Source: Longimicrobiales bacterium (GTDB taxonomy: Bacteria; Gemmatimonadota; Gemmatimonadetes; Longimicrobiales; Gaopeijiaceae). From it: a DNA stretch of 64,000 nucleotides. A program made the translations under genes and the position numbers. The DNA is taken from contig OZ241869.1 of the NCBI GenBank assembly GCA_965202805.1, positions 1,056,001-1,120,000 of the forward strand, given 5' to 3'. The notes beneath the pieces were generated by a model. The model was not told where the DNA came from and ran no database searches. It saw only the letters and a list, made by a program, of their open reading frames with translations. Shown in pieces: positions 18,836 through 29,900 of this stretch (the stretch's first letter is position 1; every line of letters starts with the position of its first letter).

Positions 18836-20734
18836 CTATCCGCCCGGTACGAGCCTGCGGTGCTCGAACCCTGCGCTCGTGTGGGCGACGAGTTCCAGCC
18901 GGCCGTTCAGAAGGTCGTGCATGAGGTGCGTGGTGAGCGGAATCGCGCGGGTGACCTCGGTGACGTCCGGCCCGGCCAGGCGGAGCACCACCACCCCGCC
19001 CCCCTCCCCATCGGCCGCCGGGATCCGCCGCAGGACCACCCCCAGCGCGTCCTCCGGCTCGACCCCCGCCAGCGCGAGGCGGTAGGACAGCGTGCCGGTC
19101 GGCAGATCCAGCAGGAAGGTCCCCTCCGCCAGGAGGTTCCCGTCCACGCTCCCCTGCGGCGGGTCGAGCGCGACCAGCACGGGATCCGGCGGGCGTCCCC
19201 TTTCGAGCGGCGGCGTCCGGAGCGGTGCCCGCCGCCTGGGGCTGGCCGTCTCGAGCGCGTAGGCGAAGGCGACCAGGCGGGCGTCGTCGAGCGCGCGGCC
19301 GAGCAGCTCGAGCCCCGCCGGCACCTCCGTCTCGGTGAACCCGGCCGGCACGGTGAGCGCCGGCAGCCCGGTGTTCGCGCTCAGCGAGCAGGTGGAGCCC
19401 ACCGGGGCCGCCCCGATGAGCGCGGTCTCCTGGCGCATGGTCGGGTAGGCGAGCGCGTCCAGTTCCTCGGCGTCCATGAAGCCGAGCACCGCGTCCCGGA
19501 GGGCGCCCCGGCGCGCCATCGCTTCCTCGTACTCGTCCGTGGGCCGCTCAGTGCGGGCGATGCGCCGCCGGAAGTTGGCGTCCAGCGCCTCGTGGTGCAG
19601 GCCGGCCTCCACGATCTCCTCGAGCGTCGCGACCGGAGCGTCCGGAACCCCGGCGAGGTAGTCCATCAGGTCGAACTTGAACTCCAGGTCGATCAAGCCC
19701 GTGTTCGCGAGCAGGCTGTCCAGGTCGGGGATGGTCACATCCACCACCTCGGCCCCCAGCGAGTCCATCTCGGCCAGGGCGGCGCGCACGACCTCCGTGA
19801 TCCGCCCCCCGCCCCCGTCCTCCTCCAGCCAGTCGGCCAGCACGCCGATGCGGGCGCCCTCCAGCGCGGCCGGGTCGAGAGCGGCCTGGAAGTCGGGGGT
19901 CGGGCGCCCCTCCAGCACGGCCGTGGCGGGATCGGCCGCGTCCGGCCCGACCGTCGCGTCCAGCGCGATCGCCAGGTCGGCCACGGTGCGCGCGAGCGGC
20001 CCGCCGGTGTCCTGCGAGTGCGAGAGCGGCAGGATGCCGTCGATGCTCGACAGCCCCTTGGTGGGCCGCAGCCCGAACAGGTTGTGCACCGCGGCCGGGA
20101 TGCGGATCGAGCCGCAGGTGTCGCTCCCCCACCCCACCGCCGCAAAGCTCGCGGCCACCGCCGCCCCCGTCCCCCCCGAGCTCCCGCCCGGGTTGCGCGC
20201 GGGCTCGTAGGCGTTGCGGCTCTGCCCGCCCAGCGAGCTGACGGTGGTGATCCCGGCCGCAAGCTCGTGCAGGTTGGTCTTCCCCACGATGACCGCGCCG
20301 GCCTCCCGCAGCCGCGCCACCTGGAAGGCGTCGTCGGGCGGCCGAAGCCCCGAGAGCGCCAGGCTCGACCCCGTGGTCGGCATCCCGGCCACGTCGTAGT
20401 TGTCCTTCATGAGCACCGGAATGCCGTGCATCGGCCCGCGCACCGTCCCCGCCGCCCGCTCCCGGTCGAGCGCGTCGGCCTCCGCGCCCGCCTGCGGATT
20501 GAGCCGCGTGACGGTGTTCAGCTCCGGCCCGGCGACGTCGTAGGCCGCGATTCGGTCGCGGTAGAGGTCGACCAGCTGGCGCGAGGTGACCCGCCCTTCC
20601 GCCAGTGCCTCCTGCAGCTCGAGGATGGAGGCTTCCGCGACCTCGAACTCCGAATCCGCGCTCCCGACCCCGCCGCATCCGGTGACGGCGAGCGTGGCTG
20701 CGGCCAGCAGCAGGCCATGTACTCTTGTGCGCAT
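18836..20734 (-). CDS. Amidase signature family lipoprotein with a C-terminal CHRD-like extension
   Basis: Lipobox VTGC; GIPVLMKDN, GKTNLHE, PGGSSGGTG, GSDTCGSIRIPA. Confidence 0.88.
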   Translation of the reverse strand: MRTRVHGLLLAAATLAVTGCGGVGSADSEFEVAEASILELQEALAEGRVTSRQLVDLYRDRIAAYDVAGPELNTVTRLNPQAGAEADALDRERAAGTVRGPMHGIPVLMKDNYDVAGMPTTGSSLALSGLRPPDDAFQVARLREAGAVIVGKTNLHELAAGITTVSSLGGQSRNAYEPARNPGGSSGGTGAAVAASFAAVGWGSDTCGSIRIPAAVHNLFGLRPTKGLSSIDGILPLSHSQDTGGPLARTVADLAIALDATVGPDAADPATAVLEGRPTPDFQAALDPAALEGARIGVLADWLEEDGGGGRITEVVRAALAEMDSLGAEVVDVTIPDLDSLLANTGLIDLEFKFDLMDYLAGVPDAPVATLEEIVEAGLHHEALDANFRRRIARTERPTDEYEEAMARRGALRDAVLGFMDAEELDALAYPTMRQETALIGAAPVGSTCSLSANTGLPALTVPAGFTETEVPAGLELLGRALDDARLVAFAYALETASPRRRAPLRTPPLERGRPPDPVLVALDPPQGSVDGNLLAEGTFLLDLPTGTLSYRLALAGVEPEDALGVVLRRIPAADGEGGGVVVLRLAGPDVTEVTRAIPLTTHLMHDLLNGRLELVAHTSAGFEHRRLVPGG

Positions 20735-20784
20735 GGAGACTCCCCGTGTGGGATACGATGCCGGTGGCCGAGGGCAGCCGCCGG

Positions 20785-21453
20785 TCAGGGGTGGACCTCC
20801 CCTCCCGGTTTCCGCAGCAGCGCCCCCTTGCCACCCACGCGAACGAAGGGCAGACCGTGCCGGTCGATGAACTCGCGGCAGGCCTGCAGAGCACCGTCGC
20901 ACCAGGCGGGCTCCACGCAGTCGTCCAGAACGACGCCGCCGCCGGGAACAATCCGGGGCCAGAGCTCCTCCAGCGTCACCGCCGTGGGCAGGTACAGGTC
21001 GACATCCAGAAAAACCGCGCCGATCGGGCCGATTTCCTTCCAGTCCACCTTCGAGCAGTCGCCCTCGATGATGCGGTAGTTGCTGTAGCCGAGACGTGCG
21101 AGGCTGTAGTCGAAGACGCGGGCGCTGCCATAGGAGTAGTCGGAGAGCTCGCCGGCGCGCTTCCGCCTGTTCTCGACCTCGTAGTCGATGCTCTCCCGGG
21201 TGAAGCCGGCGAAGGTGTCGACCAGCACGAGGGTCCGCGGATCGCCGGTGGTTCTCAGGTGCTCGAGCAGAAAGACGGAAGTGTCTCCCCGCGCCACGCC
21301 GATTTCGACGATCACTCCTTCGGTGCCGCGGGTGGCGTCGATCAGCCCGATCATTGCCGAGAGTTCGCCCGGGTCCACCCAGTAGCGGTACTCGGGAAGC
21401 ATCGCGTTGCGGAGCCCGGGCAGCCGGTAGACGACGCGCTTGATCAGGGTCAT
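20785..21453 (-). CDS. TylF/MycF/NovP-like class I SAM O-methyltransferase (alternative start 21558)
   Basis: VEIGVARG, VDTFAGF, FLDVDLY, PGGGVVLDD. Confidence 0.75.
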   Translation of the reverse strand: MTLIKRVVYRLPGLRNAMLPEYRYWVDPGELSAMIGLIDATRGTEGVIVEIGVARGDTSVFLLEHLRTTGDPRTLVLVDTFAGFTRESIDYEVENRRKRAGELSDYSYGSARVFDYSLARLGYSNYRIIEGDCSKVDWKEIGPIGAVFLDVDLYLPTAVTLEELWPRIVPGGGVVLDDCVEPAWCDGALQACREFIDRHGLPFVRVGGKGALLRKPGGEVHP

Positions 21454-21829
21454 GAGCCCGCGCGCCCGCCGGTTCAGGACGCGCACCAGGGAAATCGAGG
21501 CGCCGACACCGGGGCTCCGTGGCACGCGCGGCGCGGATGGGGTGGGAGAGGACGGCATGGTCCGGGAATTGGAGGTTGAAGGGGGCTCGCCCGCGTCGCG
21601 AGGAGGCTCACCCGCATCGCGAAGATGCGCGCCTTCCATGATTGCAGGAAAGGCGGGCCCGGAAAAGATGCAGCAGCGGCGAGGGATCGCGCTCCCTGCA
21701 ACAACGGCATCCTGTACGGCCGCCGGCGCATGTGGTTCGGCGTCGGCGTCGTCCCGTGACTGGCGCGACCCCGCGGGCGGCGTCACTGTCTTCTGGAGCG
21801 AACCCCAGGCACCCGAACCCCGCACTCCC

Positions 21830-23302
21830 ATGAGCGACGACGCCGCGAACCGCCGACAGCAAGCCGGACGCGACTCCGGGCCCGAAGAACACGCAACCGA
21901 AGCACCTCCCGCCCTGAACCGCCGCGATTTCCTGAAAGCCGGTGCGCTGGGCGTGGCGGCCGGCGCCACCGCCGGGTGCACCGAGCCCGGAGCCGAAGCG
22001 GCCACAGTATGGGCCCAGGCCTCGACCCCGGCCACCGACGTCATCCCCCAGGAACTCCCCGCCCCGCCGGCCCGGCCCCTCGCCGCCCCTCCCGTCGACC
22101 CGGTGCGCATCGGGTTCGTCGGCGTGGGCGGGATGGGCACGGCCCATGTCCGCAACCTGGTCCGCATCGACGGGTGCGTGGTTACGGCCGTCTGCGACAT
22201 CCGCGCGGAGCACGCCGAGCGCGCCGCCGCCCTCGTCGAGGAGGCGGGACACCCCCGTCCCACCCTCTACACGCGCGGCGAGCGCGACTTCGAGCGCCTG
22301 TGCGCGGAGGAGGACCTCGACCTGGTGTACACCGCGACGCCCTGGCGCTGGCACGTCCCCGTCTGCGTGGCCGCCATGGAGAACGGCAAGCACGCCGCTA
22401 CCGAGGTCCCCGCCGCCTACACGCTGGACGACTGCTGGCGGCTGGTGGAGACCGCCGAGCGCACCGGGCGCCACTGCGTGATGATGGAGAACGTGAATTA
22501 CGGACGCGCCGAACTCCTCTGCCTCAACTTGGTGCGCCAGGGGCTGCTCGGGGAGGTCCTGCACGGGGAGTGCGGCTACCTGCACGACCTGCGCGAGATC
22601 AAGTTCGCCGACCAGGGCGAGGGGCTGTGGCGGCGCGCGCATTCGTGGACCCGCAACGGGAACCTCTATCCCACCCACGGCCTGGGCCCGGTGGCCAACT
22701 GCATGGACATCAACCGGGGCGACCGCTTCGCCTCGCTGGTGTCGATGAGCAGCCCGTCGCGGGGCCTGCAGGAATGGGCCGCCACCCACTACGGCGAGGG
22801 ACACCCCAAGCGCGCCGAGACCTTCGCGCTGGGCGACGTGAACGCGAGCCTCATCCAGACTGCCCTCGGGCGCACCATCTACGTCGCGCACGACACCAAC
22901 CTGCCCCGCCCCTACGACCGCATCAACAAGGTCCAGGGCACGCGCGGGATCTTCCAGGGCTACCCGGACCGGGTCTACATCGAGGGCAGCAGCCCGTCGC
23001 ATCGGTGGCAGGACGCCGAGGCGTACTACGACGAATTCGAGCACCCGCTCTGGAGCGCGCTGCGCGAGGCGTCCATCGGCGCCGGCCACGGCGGCATGGA
23101 CTTCATGGAGGACTACCGGCTCGTCGAGTGCCTGCGCCGCGGCGAGCCCACCGACATGAACGTCTACGATGCCGCGGCTCTCAGCGCCGTCTGCGAACTG
23201 TCGGAGATCAGCGTCGCCCAGGGAAGCGCGCCGGTCCCCTTCCCCGACTTCACCCGCGGGAAATGGATGGACTGGCAGCCGTGGCCCATCGTCACGGCGT
23301 AG
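21830..23302 (+). CDS. Gfo/Idh/MocA family NAD-dependent glycosidase (GH109, alpha-N-acetylgalactosaminidase-like), Tat-exported
   Basis: NRRDFLK Tat motif; ATPWRWH, TEVPAA, MMENVNY, YLHDLR, NLYPTHGLGP, GHGGMDF. Confidence 0.88.
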   Translation: MSDDAANRRQQAGRDSGPEEHATEAPPALNRRDFLKAGALGVAAGATAGCTEPGAEAATVWAQASTPATDVIPQELPAPPARPLAAPPVDPVRIGFVGVGGMGTAHVRNLVRIDGCVVTAVCDIRAEHAERAAALVEEAGHPRPTLYTRGERDFERLCAEEDLDLVYTATPWRWHVPVCVAAMENGKHAATEVPAAYTLDDCWRLVETAERTGRHCVMMENVNYGRAELLCLNLVRQGLLGEVLHGECGYLHDLREIKFADQGEGLWRRAHSWTRNGNLYPTHGLGPVANCMDINRGDRFASLVSMSSPSRGLQEWAATHYGEGHPKRAETFALGDVNASLIQTALGRTIYVAHDTNLPRPYDRINKVQGTRGIFQGYPDRVYIEGSSPSHRWQDAEAYYDEFEHPLWSALREASIGAGHGGMDFMEDYRLVECLRRGEPTDMNVYDAAALSAVCELSEISVAQGSAPVPFPDFTRGKWMDWQPWPIVTA

Positions 23303-23405
23303 CGGGATCCGCGATACCCCCTGACCAACATTCTGCCCAGCCGCTTGCGCGGGCGCGCTGACCACGCCCGCCAGGTCGCCGCATCCTGCCATCCACGGAG
23401 GAACC

Positions 23406-24638
23406 GTGACATCTCCTGAACGCCCGACTATCCCGCGCCTTGTTGCCACACTGTCCGCAGCGGCGCTCCTCGCAGGCTGTGACGGCACGCCCGCCAACGA
23501 CCCGGACGCTCCGCTCGAGCTGAGCGCGGCCGATATCGAGGTACTTGGCGCCTCCGAGTCCCTCGCCGTCGTACAGGACATGGAGGTACTGCCCGACGGC
23601 TCCGTCTGGGTCTTCAATTCGGTCGAGCCCTACTTCATCGGGTTCGGCCCGGATGGCGAATCCCTTGGCACGCACGGACGCGCCGGAGGCGGACCCGAGG
23701 AGTTCCCGATGCCCTCCGCCTTCCTCGCGGGAGGATGGGAGGGTGAGGCGTGGGTTTTCGACCTCAGGCGCCACGCCATGATCCGGATCTCCCGGCCGGA
23801 CGAGGACTGGACGGAGATTCCCCTGCGGTCGGAGTCCCTCCCGCCCGGCAGCATACGGGGCGGAATGAACCTGATGAGCGCCGCGGTGCGAACCGCAAGA
23901 CTCGGCGGCGAGATCATCGTGCCCCGCCCGCGCCCGCCGGAAGAGGGGGGCATGCTGCAGCTCCGCCTGTCGCTGTTGGGCGCCGATCTGGTGGCGGTCG
24001 ATCCGGACGCAGCCGGGATCCGAACCCTCGTGACCCTGGGTGCGGTGCTCGACGATCCGTCAGGGGACTTCATGCCCAGCGAGGGCGGCTTCCCGCAGTG
24101 GTACCGACTTTGGGCTCCCTGCGGCGACAACCTCGTGCGCGTCTATGATCGGGTGCGGAATCAGCTTCGCGGCTTCGACGGATCGGGAGCCGAGGCAGGC
24201 CCCATCGATCTTCCACCCGTTCCCTTCACTGAGGTCAGCCCCCGACAGTTTGCCGGCGCGGTCTTCGAGCTGAGACAGGCCGAGTTGACGGGCGACGTGA
24301 GAGGAAGGCTCGGCGAAACGGACCGCCAGCGGCTCCTGAATCAGATGGCCCGGGGGGTCAGCGGGAGCCCGCAGGAGCTCGCGAGCTACCTGCCGCGGTA
24401 CGTGGACTTCCGGTGCAGCGAAGACGGGACGATGTGGCTGCACCCGTTCGATCCCGACGCCGGCGGGCTGAACGGGGGGCCGGTATGGCTTCGGATTTCG
24501 CCGGAGGGCGTCGCGCGGGAAGTGCGCCTCCCCGACCGGTTCGACGCCCTGCGCTTCTCCGAGTCGCGGATATGGGGCGTGTACCGGGACGAACTTGACG
24601 TCCCGTCCGTCGCATCCATCCCGTTGCCGGCGGGTTGA
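23406..24638 (+). CDS. Hypothetical lipoprotein, six-bladed beta-propeller-like
   Basis: LAGC lipobox; GRAGGGPEEF; C-terminal GVYRDELDVPSV resembles the end of 55932-57266. Confidence 0.65.
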   Translation: MTSPERPTIPRLVATLSAAALLAGCDGTPANDPDAPLELSAADIEVLGASESLAVVQDMEVLPDGSVWVFNSVEPYFIGFGPDGESLGTHGRAGGGPEEFPMPSAFLAGGWEGEAWVFDLRRHAMIRISRPDEDWTEIPLRSESLPPGSIRGGMNLMSAAVRTARLGGEIIVPRPRPPEEGGMLQLRLSLLGADLVAVDPDAAGIRTLVTLGAVLDDPSGDFMPSEGGFPQWYRLWAPCGDNLVRVYDRVRNQLRGFDGSGAEAGPIDLPPVPFTEVSPRQFAGAVFELRQAELTGDVRGRLGETDRQRLLNQMARGVSGSPQELASYLPRYVDFRCSEDGTMWLHPFDPDAGGLNGGPVWLRISPEGVAREVRLPDRFDALRFSESRIWGVYRDELDVPSVASIPLPAG

Positions 24639-24661
24639 GGGACCAATCTGGCCCGCGTCCG

Positions 24662-26821
24662 CTACCTCCTCCCCTCCGTCGCCACCGCCGCACCGCCCAT
24701 CAGGTAGCGGTCGAAGAAGCCGTCCGTCGCGCCGAAGGTGGTCAGCCAGCGCTCGTGCAGCAGGAAGTCGTGCACGTCGTCCGGGAAGACGATCAGTTCG
24801 TGGGGCACGCCCTGCGCCCGCAGCAGCTGCACCAGCCCGACGGTCTGCGAGAAGGCCACGTTGCGGTCGTCGTCTCCGTGGATGAGCAGCACCGGCGAGG
24901 TCCAGTTCTCGATCTCCGAGATCGCGGATGACTGGTACGACACCGACTCCGGGTCGATGGAGTTGCCCCACAGGTGCACGCCCGCGATGTCCACGCCGGC
25001 CGCGAAGAGATCCGAGTCGCGCGCCAGCCCCTGTGCCGTGAGGATGCCTCCGTACGACAGCCCCCAGAGGCCGATGCGCGCCGGATCCACGTCGGCGCGG
25101 TCGCGCAGGTACTCGCCGGCGGCCCGGATGTCCTGATACTCGGTGTTGCCCTCGCGTCCCCGCCCGGGCGCGTTGCGGAATTCGCGCCCGTAGCCGATGC
25201 CGCTCCGGTAGTTCACCGACAGGACCACGTAGCCCTTGTTCGCGAAGTACTGGTTGATGGCGTAGGCCATGTGATAGAAATGCATGTAGTGGTAGCCGAG
25301 CAGCATCTGGCGCCGGGATCCCCCGTGGATGAAGATGAGCGCCGGGCGCCGTTCGCCGGGCTCGAGGTCCGGGGGCAGGAAGAGCTGGTTGTAGAACTCG
25401 AAGCCGTCCTCGGCGTTGAGCGTGACCGCCCCGGGGACGACGTGCTCGGCTAGGGGGTAGCGGGCCGGAAGCTCGCGGATGGTCCGTGCCTCGCCGCCGG
25501 AGGCCGGCACGACCGCCACCGTAAGCGGATGGCTCGCACCGGCGGCGAGCAGCGCGACCTCGTCCCCGCTCGCCAGCGCCGCCGGCCAGGTCTCGACGCC
25601 GTCGCCCCGGGTGAGCTGCCGCGTCCCCCCGCCCGCCGTGGGCACCCTCCACAGGTGGCGCCGGTCGATGTCGCCCGCGTTGGTGGCGTAGAAGAGGGTG
25701 CGCCCGTCCGCCGAGAGCGAGATGTACTCGGCGATGCCGTCGCCGGGCGTGAGCTCGACCGGGTCGCGCGTGCCCCCGGCCGCCGCGACCGAGTAGTAAC
25801 GGCGCCACCCGTTGGGCTCGGCCTGGAAGATGATGTGATCGCCGGCCCAGATGACCTCGCGCACCTCGCGGTAGATGCTGTCGCCCGGCGGGCTGTGCCA
25901 CACCTCCACCGCCTCCCCCGTGCGCGCGTCGCCCACCCAGATGGAGAAGTCGTACCCGCCGGCGAAGCGGGCCTCGGTCATCCCGGCGGGCCAGACGTCG
26001 TCAGCCTCGCCCTCCCCGGGGGCGCCGCCCCGCTCCGCCCGCGCGCCGAAGGGCAGCCCGGGCCTGCGGATGAAGGCGACCCGGGTCCCGTCCGGCGACC
26101 AGGTGGGGCTGGCGTCGCGGTCGACCGCCGGGCCCAGGTATGTGATGCCGGGACGCTCGGTGTCATAGATGCCGATGAAGCCGTGGTCCTCGCGGTCGCT
26201 CACGAACGCCAGCCGACGCGAGTCCGGCGACCAGGCCGGGTCGCCCTGGCTGCCGAACACGCTGAAGAGCGGCTGCTCCGGGTCGCCGGTCGCGACCCCG
26301 GGGTTCACCGGCGCCCGGTAGATGTCGCCATCGCTCTCCCAGGCGATCCATTCGCCGTCCGGGGAAAGCGCCACGTTCCAGGCCTCCGCCACCCGCCAGG
26401 GCTCGCCGCCTGCGGTGCTCACCGCCCAGGCGGCCCGCTCGGCGCCCCGGGGATCGCTGGCCGGGTTGGCGATCCACCCCTGCCGGTTGGGGGTGTGTCC
26501 GCGCAGGAACACCAGCGTCGAGCCGTCATCCGAGATGCGCAGGTTCGACAGGTCGCGCCCGTCATCGTCCTCGAAGCGTGTCAGACGCACCGGCGCGAAG
26601 TCCGGCGCGGCGGCCGTGTACACGTTGCGCTTCCCCTCCTCGTATTCGATCCAGGCGATGCGGTCGGCCGCCCGGGCCGACACCAACTGCACCGGATACC
26701 CGGGGCTGAGCACGTCCTCGATCGAGAAGCGCTGCGCCTGGACGGGCAGGGCGCCGAACGCGACGAGAGCCGGGAAAGCAAGCAGAGCGAGTGCCGGGAA
26801 CAGCAGTCGAGCGCGCGTCAT
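24662..26821 (-). CDS. Secreted S9 family peptidase with TolB-like propeller repeats
   Basis: WSPD repeats, IHGG, GLSYGG, DDRNV, DDVH. Signal peptide from ATG 26821. Confidence 0.9.
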   Translation of the reverse strand: MTRARLLFPALALLAFPALVAFGALPVQAQRFSIEDVLSPGYPVQLVSARAADRIAWIEYEEGKRNVYTAAAPDFAPVRLTRFEDDDGRDLSNLRISDDGSTLVFLRGHTPNRQGWIANPASDPRGAERAAWAVSTAGGEPWRVAEAWNVALSPDGEWIAWESDGDIYRAPVNPGVATGDPEQPLFSVFGSQGDPAWSPDSRRLAFVSDREDHGFIGIYDTERPGITYLGPAVDRDASPTWSPDGTRVAFIRRPGLPFGARAERGGAPGEGEADDVWPAGMTEARFAGGYDFSIWVGDARTGEAVEVWHSPPGDSIYREVREVIWAGDHIIFQAEPNGWRRYYSVAAAGGTRDPVELTPGDGIAEYISLSADGRTLFYATNAGDIDRRHLWRVPTAGGGTRQLTRGDGVETWPAALASGDEVALLAAGASHPLTVAVVPASGGEARTIRELPARYPLAEHVVPGAVTLNAEDGFEFYNQLFLPPDLEPGERRPALIFIHGGSRRQMLLGYHYMHFYHMAYAINQYFANKGYVVLSVNYRSGIGYGREFRNAPGRGREGNTEYQDIRAAGEYLRDRADVDPARIGLWGLSYGGILTAQGLARDSDLFAAGVDIAGVHLWGNSIDPESVSYQSSAISEIENWTSPVLLIHGDDDRNVAFSQTVGLVQLLRAQGVPHELIVFPDDVHDFLLHERWLTTFGATDGFFDRYLMGGAAVATEGRR

Positions 26822-26966
26822 GATTCGCCTCCGGGAGATTGGGCGAGACGTTGAGGGACCGCGGAATGTCAGGATGACACCACGCCACCCATCCGGCAAC
26901 GTCCCGAACGCGCATCCCCGCGCCCGGCGTGCGGCCCCGCGGGCTGGCGCGTTCCGGACTGCGAGT

Positions 26967-29900
26967 TCAGCGCCGCTCGTTCCCCGCGTCCGGTATCCCG
27001 CGGCTGAAGAGGACCTCGAACCCCTGTCCCCCGGCCGCTGCAGCGGCTCCCGCGGCCGGGGCCGCTCGAGGAGGACCCTCCAGGATGCCGCGGATCCGGC
27101 CCGTCGCGGCATCGCGAAGGATCGTGACGGGAGCGTCGGTATTGCGGCCGAGGATCGCCGAGCCTCCCGGACCCTGGAGCGAAATGCTCGCCAGTTGCCC
27201 GGTCCACGTCACCGGCAGGGCCAGGGTAAACCCCGCGTGGTCATCTTCCGTGTCGGTATACTCCGCCATGCCGAGCGACACCGAAAAGAGCTCGGCACCG
27301 GCGGCATCCCGCCCGGTGAGCCACCAGGCGCCGCCGGACGAGGGCAGCGCCGGCGGGGCATCGATGAAGAAGGCCGGCTCGAGGTACGGGGCGCCTTCGC
27401 CGTCGAGGCCGCCCCAGACCAGAAGGGTCCGGGAGGAAGCCGCCGCACGGGTGTCCGCGGCCACGACGATGATGGAGCTGGTCTCCGTCTCCAAGCGGTA
27501 CCGGAGCGCGTTCGTGAACTGGTAGTCGCTGGTCCACGTCGGCGTGCAATAGGACATGAAGTCCGGCTGCTCCGGCGGGACGAGTTCGCCGGCGCGGAAG
27601 TCGTACCCCCAGGCGCCGATGCTGCCGTTCCGGTAGGGATAGTATCGATCCGGGCCTGCGGCTCCGCCGCACGGCGCGTGATACAGGTTGCGGTTGTGGC
27701 CGAATTCGTGCGCGATGGTTTCGGAATCGAGTACCGAGAAACTCGACCAGTTGCCGATGTCGTTGGCGACGCCGCGGAGATCGCTGGGCACCGTGGGTCC
27801 GGCCATCAGGCCCAGGTAGTGGCCGCGCCCGCCCTCGGCGACCCGGATCATCTCCGTAAGCCGCAGGATTTCGAAGCCGTTGTTGGTCGGCGAAGCCACT
27901 GCCGCGTGCGCCGTCACGTCCATCTGCGCAACCGGAAGCAGCAGGTGTGTCCGTTCAAACAGTTCGTGCCCTGCCGGGTCGGCGGCCATGGCCGCCGTGA
28001 TCTCCACAATGGAGGAGTCCGGATTCTCCTCCCAGATGAAGGGCACGAGCGTGACCTCGAACACCGGCATCGCCCGCACGTCGACCGCCATCCGGCCGGT
28101 CGCGGGGATGCGCCCGGCCACGCCAAGTGCGGGGTCCAGCGTCCCCTCCGGATCCGGTTCGATCACGACCTCCAGCTCCGGCTGGACGACCCACCCGGGG
28201 ATCTCGGCGTTTACCGACTTCGAAAGCGAACTCTCGTCGACCGACGCCGGGATGGGGTCCTGCGTCGCCGGGATGTCGAGTTCGTACGTCACGGCCCCGT
28301 CCTGGTAGAAGGTGGCGCGGACGGGAGGCATGGTCGCGTCGTTTGCCTGTTTCGCCGTGACGAATACCCGCAACAGCGCCGGCTCGCCCGCGACCAGCGG
28401 CACCGGGAACTCGCGGGACTGGACAGCCTGAGTGAGATAGGCGGCCGCGTCGCCGCCGCGGTCGCAGAGCGCCACCCGCTGCCGCGTCACGCCTTCCAGC
28501 CAATCGAGAAACGCCGGGTCTGCCGGCGCACACAGCTCGGTCCCGGCGGTGTGCAGATCCTCGAGGACCTCCAGCGCCGTCAAGTCCAAAGGCAGGGCAC
28601 CGGTCAGCCCCACGTTGTCGGCAAGGCTCAGGCTGGTGAGGCCCGTGAACTCGACCAGCCCCGCCGGCAACGGGCCGCTCAACTCGTTGGACGAGACATC
28701 GAGAATCTCCAGGCGCGCAAGGCCGCCGAGTCCTGGCGGAACGTCGGTCAGCCCGTTCCCGTCGAGTTCCAGTTGCCTGAGGTTGCCCAGCTCGGCCAGC
28801 GCCCGGGGGAAGGACGCGAACTCGTTGGACGAAAGATCCAGGACGCGCAGGCCTGGATAGCCGCCAGGTTCAACCGCCATGTCGGTCAGCCGGTTTCCAA
28901 CCAGGACCAGCCGCCGCAAGCGGGTCAGTGCGCCCAGGTCCGGCGGGATGAACGCCAGCTGGTTTGATTCCGCCCAGAGGATCTCAAGACGCTTCAGCCC
29001 GGCCAGTTCCGCCGGAAGGGACGTCAGCCGGTTCTCGTCGAGATCCAGCTCCTTCAGGTTGCCCAGTTGGCCCAATTCCGGGGGGATGGTCGTCAACTCG
29101 TTGGACCAGAGCCCCAGTGCCTCGAGCCTGGAGAGGCGTCCGAGTTCCGGCGGGAGGGACGTCAGTCGATTGAAGTTGAGAACCAGCTCTCTCAGGTTGC
29201 CCAGCTCCCCCAACTCCGGCGGGACGGACGTCAACTCGTTTCCGTCAAGGAAGAGTCCTTCAACGCTGGCCAACCCGCCTATCTCCGCAGGGACGGGTCC
29301 CGAGAGCTCGTTCCCCGAGAGGTCCACGAGCCTGGCCCTGGCCAGCCCGCCCAGCTCCGCCGGAATCGGTCCCTCCAGCCCGTTCGCCCGGAGGTCCAGG
29401 CTCGTGACCCGCCCATCCGCATCCGTGCGCACGCCATGCCAGGCCCCGAGCGGAGCGAGGGTGAGCCAATTGCCCGATTCACTCCAGTTCGGTCCGCCCG
29501 TCGTCTTGTAGAGGACTCCGAGGGCCTCGCGGTCAGGAAAGAGAGCGCACTCCTCGCCCGTGCCCTCGTGCGACGGAATGCCGCCCAGCCATGCCCGGAA
29601 CACCTCCTCCGCCGGGGCGCACAGCTCCGTGCCGGAGTAGTGAAGGGTCCGGAGGGAGAGACCGGCAAGCGAGAGCGGCAGACGGCCGGAGAGGTCGGCG
29701 TTGTCCGCGATCCTGAGCTCGGTCATTTGAGCCAGTTCGCCCATCTTCCAGGAGAGGCGCCCGGACAGGCCGTTGCCGGTAAGGTCGAGCGCGGTCACGC
29801 GACCGAGGGAATCGACGCTGACGCCATGCCATTCCTCCAGCGCGCCAGCGCCCAGCCAACCCTCCGGGTCCGTCCAGTTCGCGCCGCCCGCCAGTTCATG